DNA from: Candidatus Fraserbacteria bacterium
Lineage (GTDB): Bacteria; Bipolaricaulota; Bipolaricaulia; RBG-16-55-9; DRXL01
Direction of reading: 5' to 3'
Length of the DNA: 64,000 nucleotides
NCBI GenBank assembly: GCA_947085185.1
Contig: CAMTVK010000005.1
Span: forward strand, 32,001 to 96,000
A program made the position numbers and the translations under genes. Below are positions 40,636 through 50,244 of this stretch, piece after piece. The notes below the pieces were generated by a model. It saw nothing but the letters and a program-made list of their open reading frames with translations, did not search any database and was not told the origin of the DNA. Position 1 is the first letter of the stretch. Every line of letters starts with the position of its first letter.

Positions 40636-42075
40636 ATGGCAAGGGGGATGGCGATGACAGAACAGCGCGCTATAAAACTCTGGTTCTTCTCGGCGCTCTT
40701 GTGGTTGGCGTTGGGGCCCCTGATCGGTGCGCTGATGTCTCTGCAGTTTCTCTGGCCCAGCGCGCTCGATTTCTTAGCTGACTTGAACTTGGCTTATAGC
40801 AAGGTCCGCATCTTCCATACGAATCTCGTGATCTATGGCTGGATCGCCATGAGCTTAGTCGCCGCGATCTTCTATATTATCCCTAAGCTCTGTGGTGTCC
40901 CGCTCAAGTACCCTCGGCTTGCGTATTGGGCTGGATGGCTCTGGAATCTCGCGCTTGTTTTAGACGTCGCTTTGATATGGGCAGGGATTGTAGGGAACCC
41001 GCTGCTCTCGATCCAGCCCTACGAGTATGCCGAAGCCCCTCTTATAGTAGATATTCTCATTGTGCTGTGCGCCGTCGCTATTATTGTTAGCGTGCACGCG
41101 ACGGTGCTGGCCCGCACCAAGCCCACGCTCTATGTCTCCGTCTGGTACTTGCTGGGGGGGCTGTACACGACGGCGATCACGTATTTAGTTGGGAATTTCT
41201 TGGTGCTGGCGTTCACGGGCTTGGGCAATCAGATCATTCACGCCTGGTGGCTACACAACGCCGTGGGGTTGTTTATTACCCCATTGGGGCTGGGGATCGC
41301 GTACTATCTCATCCCCATCACGGCGCAGCAACCCGTCTATTCGCACCGATTGAGTATTATCGGCTTTTGGACCCTGATGGCTTTTTATCCGGGCACCGGG
41401 CTCCATCATTTCTTGCAGATGCCCATGCCCACGTGGATCGGCGAGTTTGCCGTGGTCAGCTCGGTGTTGTTAGCTATCCCGGTGCTCGCCGTCGTCGTCA
41501 ATCACGTGGCGACGCCAGGCCCCAATTGGAAGCGCATCTTCGAGTCCTTCCCCTTGAGATTCGCGATCTTCGGCTCGGTCTATTATCTCTTTACGTGCAT
41601 GCAGGGGGCGTTCCAGACGACCCATGCCGTCAATTGGTTCGTGCACTTTACGGAATGGGTCCAGGCTCATGCGCACTTGGCGCTGACGGGCGCGTTCACG
41701 TGCTACGGCATCGCTGCGATTCTCTATATCTTTCCGCGCGTGACCGGTCGGCAGCTCTACAGTCGCACGCTCGCAAGCTGGGTCTTCTGGATCATGGCCG
41801 TCGTGTTTCCCTTGTTTTATCTGGGGTTCACGCACTCTGGGCTGGTGACCGCGATCACCATCAATATCTTGGGCAACACCATCTATGAGACGATCTCGGC
41901 GGTCTGGCTGGCCCGATTCTTTAGAACGCTCATGGGTGTGGGGGTTGTCTTGGGCTTTTGGCTCTTGGGGTATCTCATAGTGCGCTCGCTCCAGATTGGC
42001 CCGAAGTTCGAAGAGGGCATGAACGAGATCGCTGAATCCATTCCGGCGCGTGCCGACAGGATGGTGACGGCATGA
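40636..42075 (+). CDS. ccoN: cbb3-type (C-family) heme-copper oxidase subunit I
   Basis: All six His ligands: FHTN, WWLHNAVG, Y..TGLHH, AHAH; helix-VII Tyr. Confidence 0.9.
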   Translation: MARGMAMTEQRAIKLWFFSALLWLALGPLIGALMSLQFLWPSALDFLADLNLAYSKVRIFHTNLVIYGWIAMSLVAAIFYIIPKLCGVPLKYPRLAYWAGWLWNLALVLDVALIWAGIVGNPLLSIQPYEYAEAPLIVDILIVLCAVAIIVSVHATVLARTKPTLYVSVWYLLGGLYTTAITYLVGNFLVLAFTGLGNQIIHAWWLHNAVGLFITPLGLGIAYYLIPITAQQPVYSHRLSIIGFWTLMAFYPGTGLHHFLQMPMPTWIGEFAVVSSVLLAIPVLAVVVNHVATPGPNWKRIFESFPLRFAIFGSVYYLFTCMQGAFQTTHAVNWFVHFTEWVQAHAHLALTGAFTCYGIAAILYIFPRVTGRQLYSRTLASWVFWIMAVVFPLFYLGFTHSGLVTAITINILGNTIYETISAVWLARFFRTLMGVGVVLGFWLLGYLIVRSLQIGPKFEEGMNEIAESIPARADRMVTA

Positions 42076-43082
42076 CCAACCACCATCAGCCTTGGCAAGC
42101 TCCTAGTGAAGCTTCCGCGATCTATTGGGTCGTGGTCGTCCTCGTTGGGGCGGGAATTCTCGCGTTTATGCTCTGGGGGCTCTATGGGAGAATGCGCCCG
42201 CGAAGATGGACGACGGCGGGCTATCACGCCCTGGGCGCCTTAGTCATTATTATGACGCTCTTCACGCTCGTGCTCTATATCATTCCTGCCAACCAAGCCC
42301 AGCAGATTCCCCCTACGGCGCGTGCTTGGGACTGGAAGCCCAAAGAAGTTATCACAGACCCTGGAGGCTCACGCCTCGAGGGCGAGCCCTACCGGGGGTA
42401 TTTGGTCTACCTAGCCAATGGGTGCACATACTGTCATACGCTCTATCTGCGCCCCGAAGATATAAAGACGGGCTGGGCTGAGGGTGCCCGCCCCGATGAA
42501 GTCTCTCAGATGGGGGATTTTGTGCGTTATCCGTTTACGATGCTGGGCACCCAGCGCGACGGGCCCGATCTTTCGGTCATCGGGCGCAAGATCCCCGATA
42601 TGAAGTATCACATAGATCACTTGGTAGACCCACAGAAGTTCAAGCCCAAGTCAGTGATGCCGAGCTATCGCTATCTCAGCGAGAGAGATCTTCGTGACTT
42701 GGCGGCGTTCTTAGTGAGTCTGGGCAACGAACCCCAGAAGCTGCGCGCGGGCGTGACCGTGCCGCCTCCGCCCACGGAGGACCCGCGCGTTGCCAAGGGC
42801 AGAGAACTATATAGGAGTCTGGGGTGTGTGGCTTGTCATAGTGTAGATGGCTCGCCCAACGTCGGCCCTACTTGGAAAGGGCTCTTCGGCCGCGAAGTCG
42901 AAGTCACGCTGCCCGACGGATCTGCTCAGACTCTCGTCGCTGACGAAGAGTATCTCAAAGAGTCCATCGTGCAGTCGGGGGCGAAGATCGTCAAGGGCTT
43001 TCCGAACGTGATGCCCAGCTACGGGCAGCTCAGCGACGAAGAGCTCCAAGCGTTGATTGAATATATCAAAAGTTTGCGCTAA
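42072..43082 (+). CDS. ccoO: cbb3-type oxidase subunit II-like protein fused to an extra cytochrome c
   Basis: GCTYCH...GTQRDGPDL...SVMPSY, then second heme CVACH. Confidence 0.85.
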   Translation: MTNHHQPWQAPSEASAIYWVVVVLVGAGILAFMLWGLYGRMRPRRWTTAGYHALGALVIIMTLFTLVLYIIPANQAQQIPPTARAWDWKPKEVITDPGGSRLEGEPYRGYLVYLANGCTYCHTLYLRPEDIKTGWAEGARPDEVSQMGDFVRYPFTMLGTQRDGPDLSVIGRKIPDMKYHIDHLVDPQKFKPKSVMPSYRYLSERDLRDLAAFLVSLGNEPQKLRAGVTVPPPPTEDPRVAKGRELYRSLGCVACHSVDGSPNVGPTWKGLFGREVEVTLPDGSAQTLVADEEYLKESIVQSGAKIVKGFPNVMPSYGQLSDEELQALIEYIKSLR

Positions 43083-43107
43083 AATAATACTCGGAGGCTG
43101 ATGCAGA

Positions 43108-43587
43108 TTGGACACTGTGCGTAGAGAGTTATTAGTTGTTCTGTCTGTCGTTCTTCTTTTGTTGACCGCTTGTGGCGGCGGCACGCAGCAGCCGGCCCAG
43201 CAACCGACTCCGCCCCCGGCAGCGAAGACGCCCCCGGCTACCCCACCGCCAGCGGCCACCGAAGATGCACAGATCGCCCGCGGCAAGGAGGTCGCCGCCA
43301 ATATGGGCTGCTTGGCTTGTCACACTATAGACGGCTCAGCCAGTGTTGGTCCTACGTGGCAGGGTGTCTTCGGTCATGAAGTCACGGTCGTCCTTCCCGA
43401 CGGCACGGAGACGAAAGTCACGGCTGACGAAGCCTATCTCAAAGAGTCGATCTTGAACGCCGGCGCGAAGATCGTCAAAGGCTTCCCTAACGTGATGCCC
43501 AGTTACGAAGGGCAGATCAGCGATGAAGATCTCGAAGCGCTGATCGCGTACATCAAGACGCTCGCGGGCGAGCACAAGCACAAGTAA
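43108..43587 (+). CDS. Lipoprotein monoheme cytochrome c
   Basis: Lipobox LTAC, Pro-rich linker, CLACH, distal Met in VMP. Confidence 0.9.
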   Translation: MDTVRRELLVVLSVVLLLLTACGGGTQQPAQQPTPPPAAKTPPATPPPAATEDAQIARGKEVAANMGCLACHTIDGSASVGPTWQGVFGHEVTVVLPDGTETKVTADEAYLKESILNAGAKIVKGFPNVMPSYEGQISDEDLEALIAYIKTLAGEHKHK

Positions 43588-43606
43588 TCTGCGCCCTCCT
43601 CCTACA

Positions 43607-43643
43607 CCTCTCTCCCTCTGCGAGGGAGAGGGGCTGGGGTGAG
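43607..43643. repeat. REP-like palindrome
   Basis: CCTCTCTCCCTC-TGC-GAGGGAGAGGGG followed by CTGGGGTGAG; intergenic. Confidence 0.6.
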
Positions 43644-43668
43644 AAGAGAGGGCTGGAAAGAGACGAGC

Positions 43669-44031
43669 ATGGATCCTCTCCATTGGCTGGGTATCTTGAT
43701 GGGTCTGGGCGTCTTGATTCTACTCGGCTTGGCCGTCCTGCGCGGCGAGTTTGCGGAGATCGAGCGCCCCAAGTACGAGATGCTTGGCCAAGAGCTGCCC
43801 CGAGAGTCCAAGCCGGCGCAGCCAGGGCGCTTGGGCGTTGAAGACAGAATTATTCGGTTGGGATTGGCGATTGCTGGGGGGTATTACGCCTCGCGGTTTG
43901 GGTGGGGCACGCCGTTGGGGGTAGTTTTGGCCGTGCTCGCACTCTATGTGGGCGTGACGGCCATAGTTGCCCATGATTATCTCTACAAAATCTTGAACAT
44001 AGACACGCGCCTGCCGGAGCATCGGGGTTAG
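43669..44031 (+). CDS. CcoS-like / DUF2892-like fusion membrane protein
   Basis: N-terminal TM + AVLRGEFAEIERPKYEML; C-terminal EDRIIRL...LYKILNIDT. Confidence 0.6.
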   Translation: MDPLHWLGILMGLGVLILLGLAVLRGEFAEIERPKYEMLGQELPRESKPAQPGRLGVEDRIIRLGLAIAGGYYASRFGWGTPLGVVLAVLALYVGVTAIVAHDYLYKILNIDTRLPEHRG

Positions 44032-44141
44032 AAAAATTGAATCAAGATTGTAGCACGACGTGCGACAAAATACCAATCTGGCATCCCCTCCGTCTATTGC
44101 GTAGAATAAATAGTCAGTGCTTAAGGAGGCGATCTTCTAAA

Positions 44142-45521
44142 ATGGAAGCGCAAGCACCAAAACAGATCAAGCGCCCCACGCTGTGGATCACCGGCGGAGT
44201 TGTCGTCGTCGCGGTCGTCGCAGCAGTCTTAGCCGTCTGGACCCTAACCAAGCCGCCCTCGCCCGCCGTCGGCGCTATCACTGCTTATACGCTCGACAAC
44301 GGGCTGCGACTCATCGTCTATCAAGACACAACAGCTCCGGTCGTCTCGGTCAACGTCTGGTATCGCGTCGGCTCCAAAAATGAACCCCAGGGCAAACGCG
44401 GCATGGCGCATCTCATGGAGCACATGGCTTACAAGGGCTCCAAGAACGTCGGCCCCGAAGAACACTCCAAACTCATCGACCAGGCCGGAGGCCAAGACAA
44501 CGCGTTCACGGGAGATGACGTCACCGGCTACTGGGCACGCTTGCCTAAAGAGAAGCTCGATTTGGCCCTCTATCTCTTCGCTGAGCAGATGCACAATCTC
44601 GTGCTCACCCAAGAACACTTAGATTCCGAGCGCGAGGTCGTCAAAGAAGAGTGGCGTGTGCGCTTGGAGAACCAACCCGTCAGTAAAGCGTTTGATAAAT
44701 TCAGAGATATTGCGTTCGCGGGCACGCCCTACGCCAAGGGCCCCGAAGGCTACATGGAAGATTTAGACAGCATCACGCTCGAAGACCTTCAGAATTTCTA
44801 TCAGACGTACTATGCCCCTAATAATGCCGTCTTAGTAGTCGCCGGGGATGTGCGCCCCGACGACGTGCTCGCCCTGACGAAGAAATACTTCGGAGAAATT
44901 CCCAAAGTGCAACTTCCGCCTCAGACCCCGGTCACCTTGCCCCCGCAGACCCAAATGCGCGAAGAGACTTTAGAGATGGCCGTGCAGTTGCCCGTCATCA
45001 TTGGGGGCTATCAAGTGCCGGGCAGCGGACACCCCGACGAGCCGATCCTCGAAGTGGCTAACTTCATTCTCTCCAGAGGGCAGAGTTCTCGGCTCTACAG
45101 GCAGCTCGTCCGCGAGCAACAGATCAGCGTCGCTGCCGGCAGCTTCCCCTTGGTCTTCAAGGACTTGGGCACGATGCTGATCTATGCGTTCTTCACCCCG
45201 GACAAAGACCCCAGCCACGTCAAAGAAGCCCTCTTGAAAGAGCTCGAACGTTTAGCGAGTGAACCCATCGATGACACAGAGCTCCAGAAAGCGAAGAACC
45301 AGCTGACGGCTCAGTATATCTTCGGATTGGATTCGCTCTCAACCGTCGCCAGCAATATCGCAAAAGCTGAGATGATTTACGGCGACTACAGGGAGTTCGA
45401 AAAGAGCAAGACCAAGTACGCCGCGATCACAGCTGCAGACGTGCAGCGCGTCGCGCAGACGTATTTCAAGCGCGAGAATCTCACTCTTGTCACCCTGAAG
45501 CCCGAAGGAGGCGCGCCATGA
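44142..45521 (+). CDS. M16 zinc peptidase, catalytic subunit
   Basis: AHLMEHM (HxxEH), NAFT, EREVVKEE, YYAPNNA. Confidence 0.95.
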   Translation: MEAQAPKQIKRPTLWITGGVVVVAVVAAVLAVWTLTKPPSPAVGAITAYTLDNGLRLIVYQDTTAPVVSVNVWYRVGSKNEPQGKRGMAHLMEHMAYKGSKNVGPEEHSKLIDQAGGQDNAFTGDDVTGYWARLPKEKLDLALYLFAEQMHNLVLTQEHLDSEREVVKEEWRVRLENQPVSKAFDKFRDIAFAGTPYAKGPEGYMEDLDSITLEDLQNFYQTYYAPNNAVLVVAGDVRPDDVLALTKKYFGEIPKVQLPPQTPVTLPPQTQMREETLEMAVQLPVIIGGYQVPGSGHPDEPILEVANFILSRGQSSRLYRQLVREQQISVAAGSFPLVFKDLGTMLIYAFFTPDKDPSHVKEALLKELERLASEPIDDTELQKAKNQLTAQYIFGLDSLSTVASNIAKAEMIYGDYREFEKSKTKYAAITAADVQRVAQTYFKRENLTLVTLKPEGGAP

Positions 45522-47776
45522 GACAGTTCAAAAAGTTCCCGACGACTGAAGTCGCCGGCCCAGTAGATGAAAGCGTGCTGAAGCACGCTCAACAGCCCGC
45601 TTCAGTGGGCTTGCACATTTTGAGCCGGATGCTTCAGCATCCGGTCACCAAGTTCGTGCTCGTTTTGCTGCTCAGCTCAGGAGTCGTCTGGGCGCAGAGC
45701 AACGTCGAGCCCATTCAACTGCCCCCAATCAAGACGGTCACCCTAGAGAACGGGCTTAAAGTGATGGTGATCGAGCAGCCGTCGCTGCCCATCGTGCAGT
45801 TTTCGTTGCGCGTGCGCGCCGGAGCGATCCATGAGCCAACCGACCGCACGGGGCTAGCGACGTTCACTGCGATGATGCTGCGCCAGGGGACGACCACCAG
45901 AACGGCCGATCAGATCTCAGAAGCGATCGACTTCGTTGGCGGCTCTCTGGGCGCAAGTGCTGATATTGAGCGCACCGATGTGACCGCCCGTGTCCTGAAG
46001 AAAGACCTCCAAGTCGGCTTGGATCTCCTAGCAGATATCGTGCAGAACCCCAACTTCCCCGAAAAAGAGATGGGGATCATTCGCAATCAACTGATAGCCA
46101 CCGTGCGCAGCACTTACGATGACCCCGGATCGCTCGCTGCGGCCCATTTCGATTTTGCGCTCTTTGGCACAATTCACCCTCTGGGGCGAGCCATGAGCGA
46201 GCAGAGTATTAACACAATCACCCGTGACGATCTCGTCACTTTTCATGGGATGTACTATCGGCCCAATAATGCCGTGCTCGTTGTTGCTGGGGACGTCAAG
46301 GCCGACGAAGTCATGAATCTCATCAAGAGAGCGTTTGGCAGCTGGCAGAAGGCCGATGTTCTCCCAGCCCCGCTGCCGGAGCCCGTCAAACTCCAGGGCT
46401 ACAAAGTGCGCTTCGTGCACAAGCCCGGACAGACCCAGACCCATATCGAGCTCGGACACTTTGGGCTGGCCGTCACTGACCCGGATTATATCACAACAGT
46501 ATTAGCTAATTACGTGCTAGGCGGAGGGGCGTTCTCCTCGCGCTTGCTCCAGATAATCCGTGCCAAAGCCGGCAAGACATACTCGATCTTCAGCTACTTC
46601 CCCAGCTACAGCTTCCCAGGCTCTTTCAGAATTTCCACGTTCACCCGCAACGACCAAGCCTTCGAGACGCTCCAGATGATTCTGGATGAGTTCAAGAAGT
46701 TCAAAGAGCACGGGATCACCCAAGAAGAACTCCAAGCTGCCCAAGATAACATCGCCGGCAGCTATATTCTGAGACTAGAGACGCTGTCGGGGTTGGCGAC
46801 GACCGTGCTCAGTACCGACTTTTATGGGTTTCCGATGGACCGGATCAGAAATTGGCGCAAGCTGGTGCGCTCGGTGACGCTGGAGCAAGCAAACAAAGCG
46901 ATCAGGGATCGCTTCGATCCGGAGAATCTCGCGATCGTCTTGCTCAGCGATGTCAAAATTTTAGAGGGCCGCACAGAGCTCATCCCCGGGGTTTCTGTGG
47001 AGGGCGTCAACGTTGTGGATTGGACGGATTCCATCACGGCGCGCGCCAAGCCCTATACAGAATTTCTCGCGGCGATGGCTGCACCCAAGGGGCCAACAGA
47101 GCTGACCTGGGCTGCGCAGATCACTCCGGAAGCGAAAGTGCTCTTAGAAAAAGCATTTGCGGCTCAGGGCGGGTTTGAGAGACTGGCGCGGCTGCGCGAC
47201 ACGTACACAAAAGTGCGCGGGAGCATCTTCCAGGGGGGGCAAGAGCTCAAAGTCGAGGGCGAGGTCTGGATCAAGCTGCCCAACAAGCTGAGGCAGACTC
47301 TCACATTTGCGGGCGGGCAGGGCACCGTGATCTATAACGGGGTGCAAGGCTGGGCCGAATTTGGAGGGCGGGTGCGCGACCTGCCAGCGCAGTCGCTCGC
47401 GGAAATTCGTGAGTCCATCGAGTTCGACTCGCTCTTGGCCCTCTGGAACATCGCGCGGGCAGACTACAAGTTCGAGGTCGTCGGCACAGACCAAGTGGAC
47501 GGAAGAGAGACTCAGATTCTCCGCATAACTACTGATCAGGGCAAATCCGCGGATTTCTTCTTCGACCTCCAGAGATTTGTGCCGTTGAAGATCGCGCTGA
47601 AGACGTCCCAAGGCACACTGAAAGAGCAACTGCTGAGTGACTATCGTCAAGTAGACGGCTTTTGGGTGCCGTTTGCCCTCAAGACGCTCGAAGATAAAGA
47701 GCTGACCGATAGCCTTGAGGTGTTGGAGTTCAAAGTGAACACCGGCGTGGGGGACGAGCAGTTTGAGAAGCCCTAA
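45518..47776 (+). CDS. M16 peptidase non-catalytic subunit with C-terminal beta-rich extension
   Basis: M16 fold without HxxEH, YYRPNNA, LGGGAFSSRL; ATGA coupling; extra ~230-aa domain. Confidence 0.88.
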   Translation: MRQFKKFPTTEVAGPVDESVLKHAQQPASVGLHILSRMLQHPVTKFVLVLLLSSGVVWAQSNVEPIQLPPIKTVTLENGLKVMVIEQPSLPIVQFSLRVRAGAIHEPTDRTGLATFTAMMLRQGTTTRTADQISEAIDFVGGSLGASADIERTDVTARVLKKDLQVGLDLLADIVQNPNFPEKEMGIIRNQLIATVRSTYDDPGSLAAAHFDFALFGTIHPLGRAMSEQSINTITRDDLVTFHGMYYRPNNAVLVVAGDVKADEVMNLIKRAFGSWQKADVLPAPLPEPVKLQGYKVRFVHKPGQTQTHIELGHFGLAVTDPDYITTVLANYVLGGGAFSSRLLQIIRAKAGKTYSIFSYFPSYSFPGSFRISTFTRNDQAFETLQMILDEFKKFKEHGITQEELQAAQDNIAGSYILRLETLSGLATTVLSTDFYGFPMDRIRNWRKLVRSVTLEQANKAIRDRFDPENLAIVLLSDVKILEGRTELIPGVSVEGVNVVDWTDSITARAKPYTEFLAAMAAPKGPTELTWAAQITPEAKVLLEKAFAAQGGFERLARLRDTYTKVRGSIFQGGQELKVEGEVWIKLPNKLRQTLTFAGGQGTVIYNGVQGWAEFGGRVRDLPAQSLAEIRESIEFDSLLALWNIARADYKFEVVGTDQVDGRETQILRITTDQGKSADFFFDLQRFVPLKIALKTSQGTLKEQLLSDYRQVDGFWVPFALKTLEDKELTDSLEVLEFKVNTGVGDEQFEKP
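45533..45655. repeat. Cluster of four CTGAAG/CTTCAG-centred palindromes flanked by AAGTTC direct repeats
   Basis: Palindromes at 45539-58, 45572-89, 45594-611, 45625-44; AAGTTC at 45533-38 and 45650-55. Confidence 0.85.
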
Positions 47777-47778
47777 GT

Positions 47779-48366
47779 ATGATAGACTTTCTTGAGGGGG
47801 AGCTTGTCGAGCTGGCTGAACACTCGCTCGTCTTGGCAGTCAATGGGGTGGGCTATCGTCTGCTCGTCTCCAAGGCGACCGTGCAAGCGTTGCGCGGCCA
47901 GACCGGCTCTGTGAAAGTCTACACACACGTGCACTATACCCAAAACGATCTAGCGCTCTACGGCTTTGCCACACCCCAAGAGCGCCAGCTCTTTGAACTC
48001 TTAATCTCTGTCTCTGGGGTTGGCCCCAAGGTCGCCATGGGGATTCTCTCCGAGACGACTCCTCAGTACTTTGCTGAGGCGATCTTACAGAACCGGCGCG
48101 ATCTCTTAGAGGACGTAAAAGGCGTGGGGCGCAAGACCGCTGAGAGACTGATCGTGGAACTGAAAGAGAAGGTCGCGCAAATTCCGTTGGGGGGCGAGCC
48201 GGCTCTCGCGCCAGCAACGACGCAAGAAGAGCTTGCCGTCAAAGCGCTGACGCGCTCGCTGGGGTTCACCGAGAGCGAAGCACGCCGTGCGGTCGCACGA
48301 GCAAAGGCGACGGGAGCAACAACAACGGAAGAGTTGGTGAAGAAAGCGCTCGCGTTGCTGTCGTAG
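47779..48366 (+). CDS. ruvA: Holliday junction branch migration protein RuvA
   Basis: VNGVGY, LYGF, VSGVGPKVA, VKGVGRKTAERLIVELK. Confidence 0.96.
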   Translation: MIDFLEGELVELAEHSLVLAVNGVGYRLLVSKATVQALRGQTGSVKVYTHVHYTQNDLALYGFATPQERQLFELLISVSGVGPKVAMGILSETTPQYFAEAILQNRRDLLEDVKGVGRKTAERLIVELKEKVAQIPLGGEPALAPATTQEELAVKALTRSLGFTESEARRAVARAKATGATTTEELVKKALALLS

Positions 48367-48414
48367 CAGAACGGATAGAGCACAGTAGCCCGAGGTGTTT
48401 TAAGGAGGTACAGC

Positions 48415-49617
48415 ATGGTCACGCTGTCGTTGCGTCGCACTATACTGATAGCTGGGGTGTTGGGGGTCTTTGGGCTGACGGCGTGCATCACGGCTGCGGT
48501 GCAGCCGGCTCAGCCGCTCGATCCGTGCAGCGTTCAGTTTCCGACAACCGTGCCGCAGCTTGAGTTGCAAAAACTTGCGGACGGCTTCACTCGGCCCGTC
48601 TATGTCACGCACGCAGGGGACGGGTCGGGACGGCTCTTCGTTGTCGAACAATCCGGACGTATTCTCATCGTTCGTGACGGCAGGACACTCTCGACGCCAT
48701 TCTTAGATATTCGCGATCGCGTCGAGTCCGGCGGGGAGAAGGGCCTGCTCAGTGTCGCCTTTCACCCAAAGTACAGGGAGAACGGGCGGCTCTTCGTCAA
48801 CTACACCGGGCGCCGAAAGGGCATACTCAAGACGATCATTGCCGAGTACAGAGTGTCGCCGACAAACCCTGACGTCGCCGATCGCGCTGAGAGAGTTCTC
48901 TTAGAGATCGAGCAGCCCTTTGAGAATCACAACGGCGGGCTCAACAAATTCGGTCCCGACGGCTTTCTCTATATCGGGATGGGCGACGGCGGTGGGGCAG
49001 GCGACCCGTTCAATTTCGCGCAGAACTTAGAGTCGCTCTTGGGGAAGTTTTTGCGCATGGATATCGATCATGAGCCGTATGCGGTCCCTCAAGATAATCC
49101 CTTTGTGGGCCGGGAGGGTGCGCGCCCGGAGATCTGGGCCTACGGGCTGAGAAATCCTTGGAGATTTTCGTTCGATCGGTGCACTGGGCGACTCTTCGCC
49201 GGGGACGTCGGGCAGGATCGCATCGAAGAGATTGATCTGATCGAAAAGGGCAAAAACTACGGCTGGCGCATTATGGAGGGCTCGCAGTGTTTCGATCCTC
49301 CGTCGCTTTGCAATACCCAAGGGCTAGAGCTGCCCATTGCCGAGTACGATCACTCTTTGGGCTGCTCGGTGACTGGGGGCTACGTCTATCGCGGGAGGCA
49401 ATATCCGGCTCTGATCGGGCATTATCTCTTCGGTGACTATTGCAGCGGGCGCATCTGGGCGCTCACTGAAGACAGCGCCGGGCGCTGGACCATGCGCCAA
49501 TTGATAGATTCTCCCTTGAGCATCAGCTCATTCGGTGAGGACGAGCTCGGCGAGCTCTACGTGGTGCACTACGGGGGAGCGATCTATCGCGTCACGACGA
49601 AGTCTGGTTCTACGTAG
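48415..49617 (+). CDS. PQQ-dependent glucose/sorbosone dehydrogenase family protein
   Basis: GEKGLLSVAFHP, NHNGG..FGPDG.LYIGMGDGG, YGLRNPWRFSFD. Confidence 0.92.
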   Translation: MVTLSLRRTILIAGVLGVFGLTACITAAVQPAQPLDPCSVQFPTTVPQLELQKLADGFTRPVYVTHAGDGSGRLFVVEQSGRILIVRDGRTLSTPFLDIRDRVESGGEKGLLSVAFHPKYRENGRLFVNYTGRRKGILKTIIAEYRVSPTNPDVADRAERVLLEIEQPFENHNGGLNKFGPDGFLYIGMGDGGGAGDPFNFAQNLESLLGKFLRMDIDHEPYAVPQDNPFVGREGARPEIWAYGLRNPWRFSFDRCTGRLFAGDVGQDRIEEIDLIEKGKNYGWRIMEGSQCFDPPSLCNTQGLELPIAEYDHSLGCSVTGGYVYRGRQYPALIGHYLFGDYCSGRIWALTEDSAGRWTMRQLIDSPLSISSFGEDELGELYVVHYGGAIYRVTTKSGST

Positions 49618-49639
49618 TTTTCCCCAAATCTCGACCTGG

Positions 49640-49659
49640 TCTCCATAAGTTCTCCATAA
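49640..49659 (+). promoter_or_regulatory. Tandem direct repeat, candidate OmpR/BaeR-type binding site
   Basis: TCTCCATAA-N2-TCTCCATAA (11-bp period) upstream of a CATATT -10 and the PepSY gene. Confidence 0.65.
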
Positions 49660-49721
49660 TCGCTTGTCATATTAAGAGTGCCACCCAGAAGATTGGGTGA
49701 GCTGACAGAAAGGAGTGAGCT

Positions 49722-50144
49722 TTGATGAAAAAGCTCTATCTCAGTGGTGGGGCGCTGGTCGTCGCGATGGCGCTATTGGCGGGCGTGGCGTTCTATTATG
49801 CATCAGCCCAGAACCAAACGACCACGGAACAACCGAGGCCTCCAGCTATCATGGGGAGCGTCCAAGCTCCTAGCCGGGCGTCTCTCTTAGCGAGTCTTGC
49901 GAAGATTGATATTCTCAAAGCGATCGAAGTCGCCAAGAGCCAACAAGCCGGAACTGTCATTGGGGCCAATCTGGGCGAGCGCAATGGCTATGTCGTCTAT
50001 AACGTTGTCGTCTTGGCTGCTGACGGCAGCTCCGTGCTTGTCATCATTGATGCTGGAAACGGCAACGTCCTGAGCGTGACCAAACTGCCTCGGGACAGGC
50101 GCTTGGGACGTTTCGGTTTTGGCCCTTGGAAGCGTAATTTTTAA
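49722..50144 (+). CDS. PepSY domain secreted protein
   Basis: Signal; AKIDILKAIEVAK...VYNV...IDAGNGNVL. Confidence 0.85.
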   Translation: MMKKLYLSGGALVVAMALLAGVAFYYASAQNQTTTEQPRPPAIMGSVQAPSRASLLASLAKIDILKAIEVAKSQQAGTVIGANLGERNGYVVYNVVVLAADGSSVLVIIDAGNGNVLSVTKLPRDRRLGRFGFGPWKRNF

Positions 50145-50188
50145 CCAACCTCCGACTGGCCTTCTCCTTCCCCCACGCTGGAGCGTTC

Positions 50189-50214
50189 GGGAGCCTGCAC
50201 CAGTGCAGGCTCCC
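50189..50214. terminator. Strong hairpin / probable terminator
   Basis: GGGAGCCTGCAC-CA-GTGCAGGCTCCC perfect 12-bp stem after PepSY gene. Confidence 0.65.
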
Positions 50215-50244
50215 TGACCTTCTCCTCGTATGTATAATAGAAAT

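Noticed and set aside
44048..44068. Imperfect palindrome TTGTAGCACGACGTGCGACAA
   Set aside because: Single copy; cannot distinguish operator, terminator or chance.
47779..48366. ruvA without adjacent ruvB/ruvC
   Set aside because: Dispersed ruv genes are common; partners may lie outside the window.
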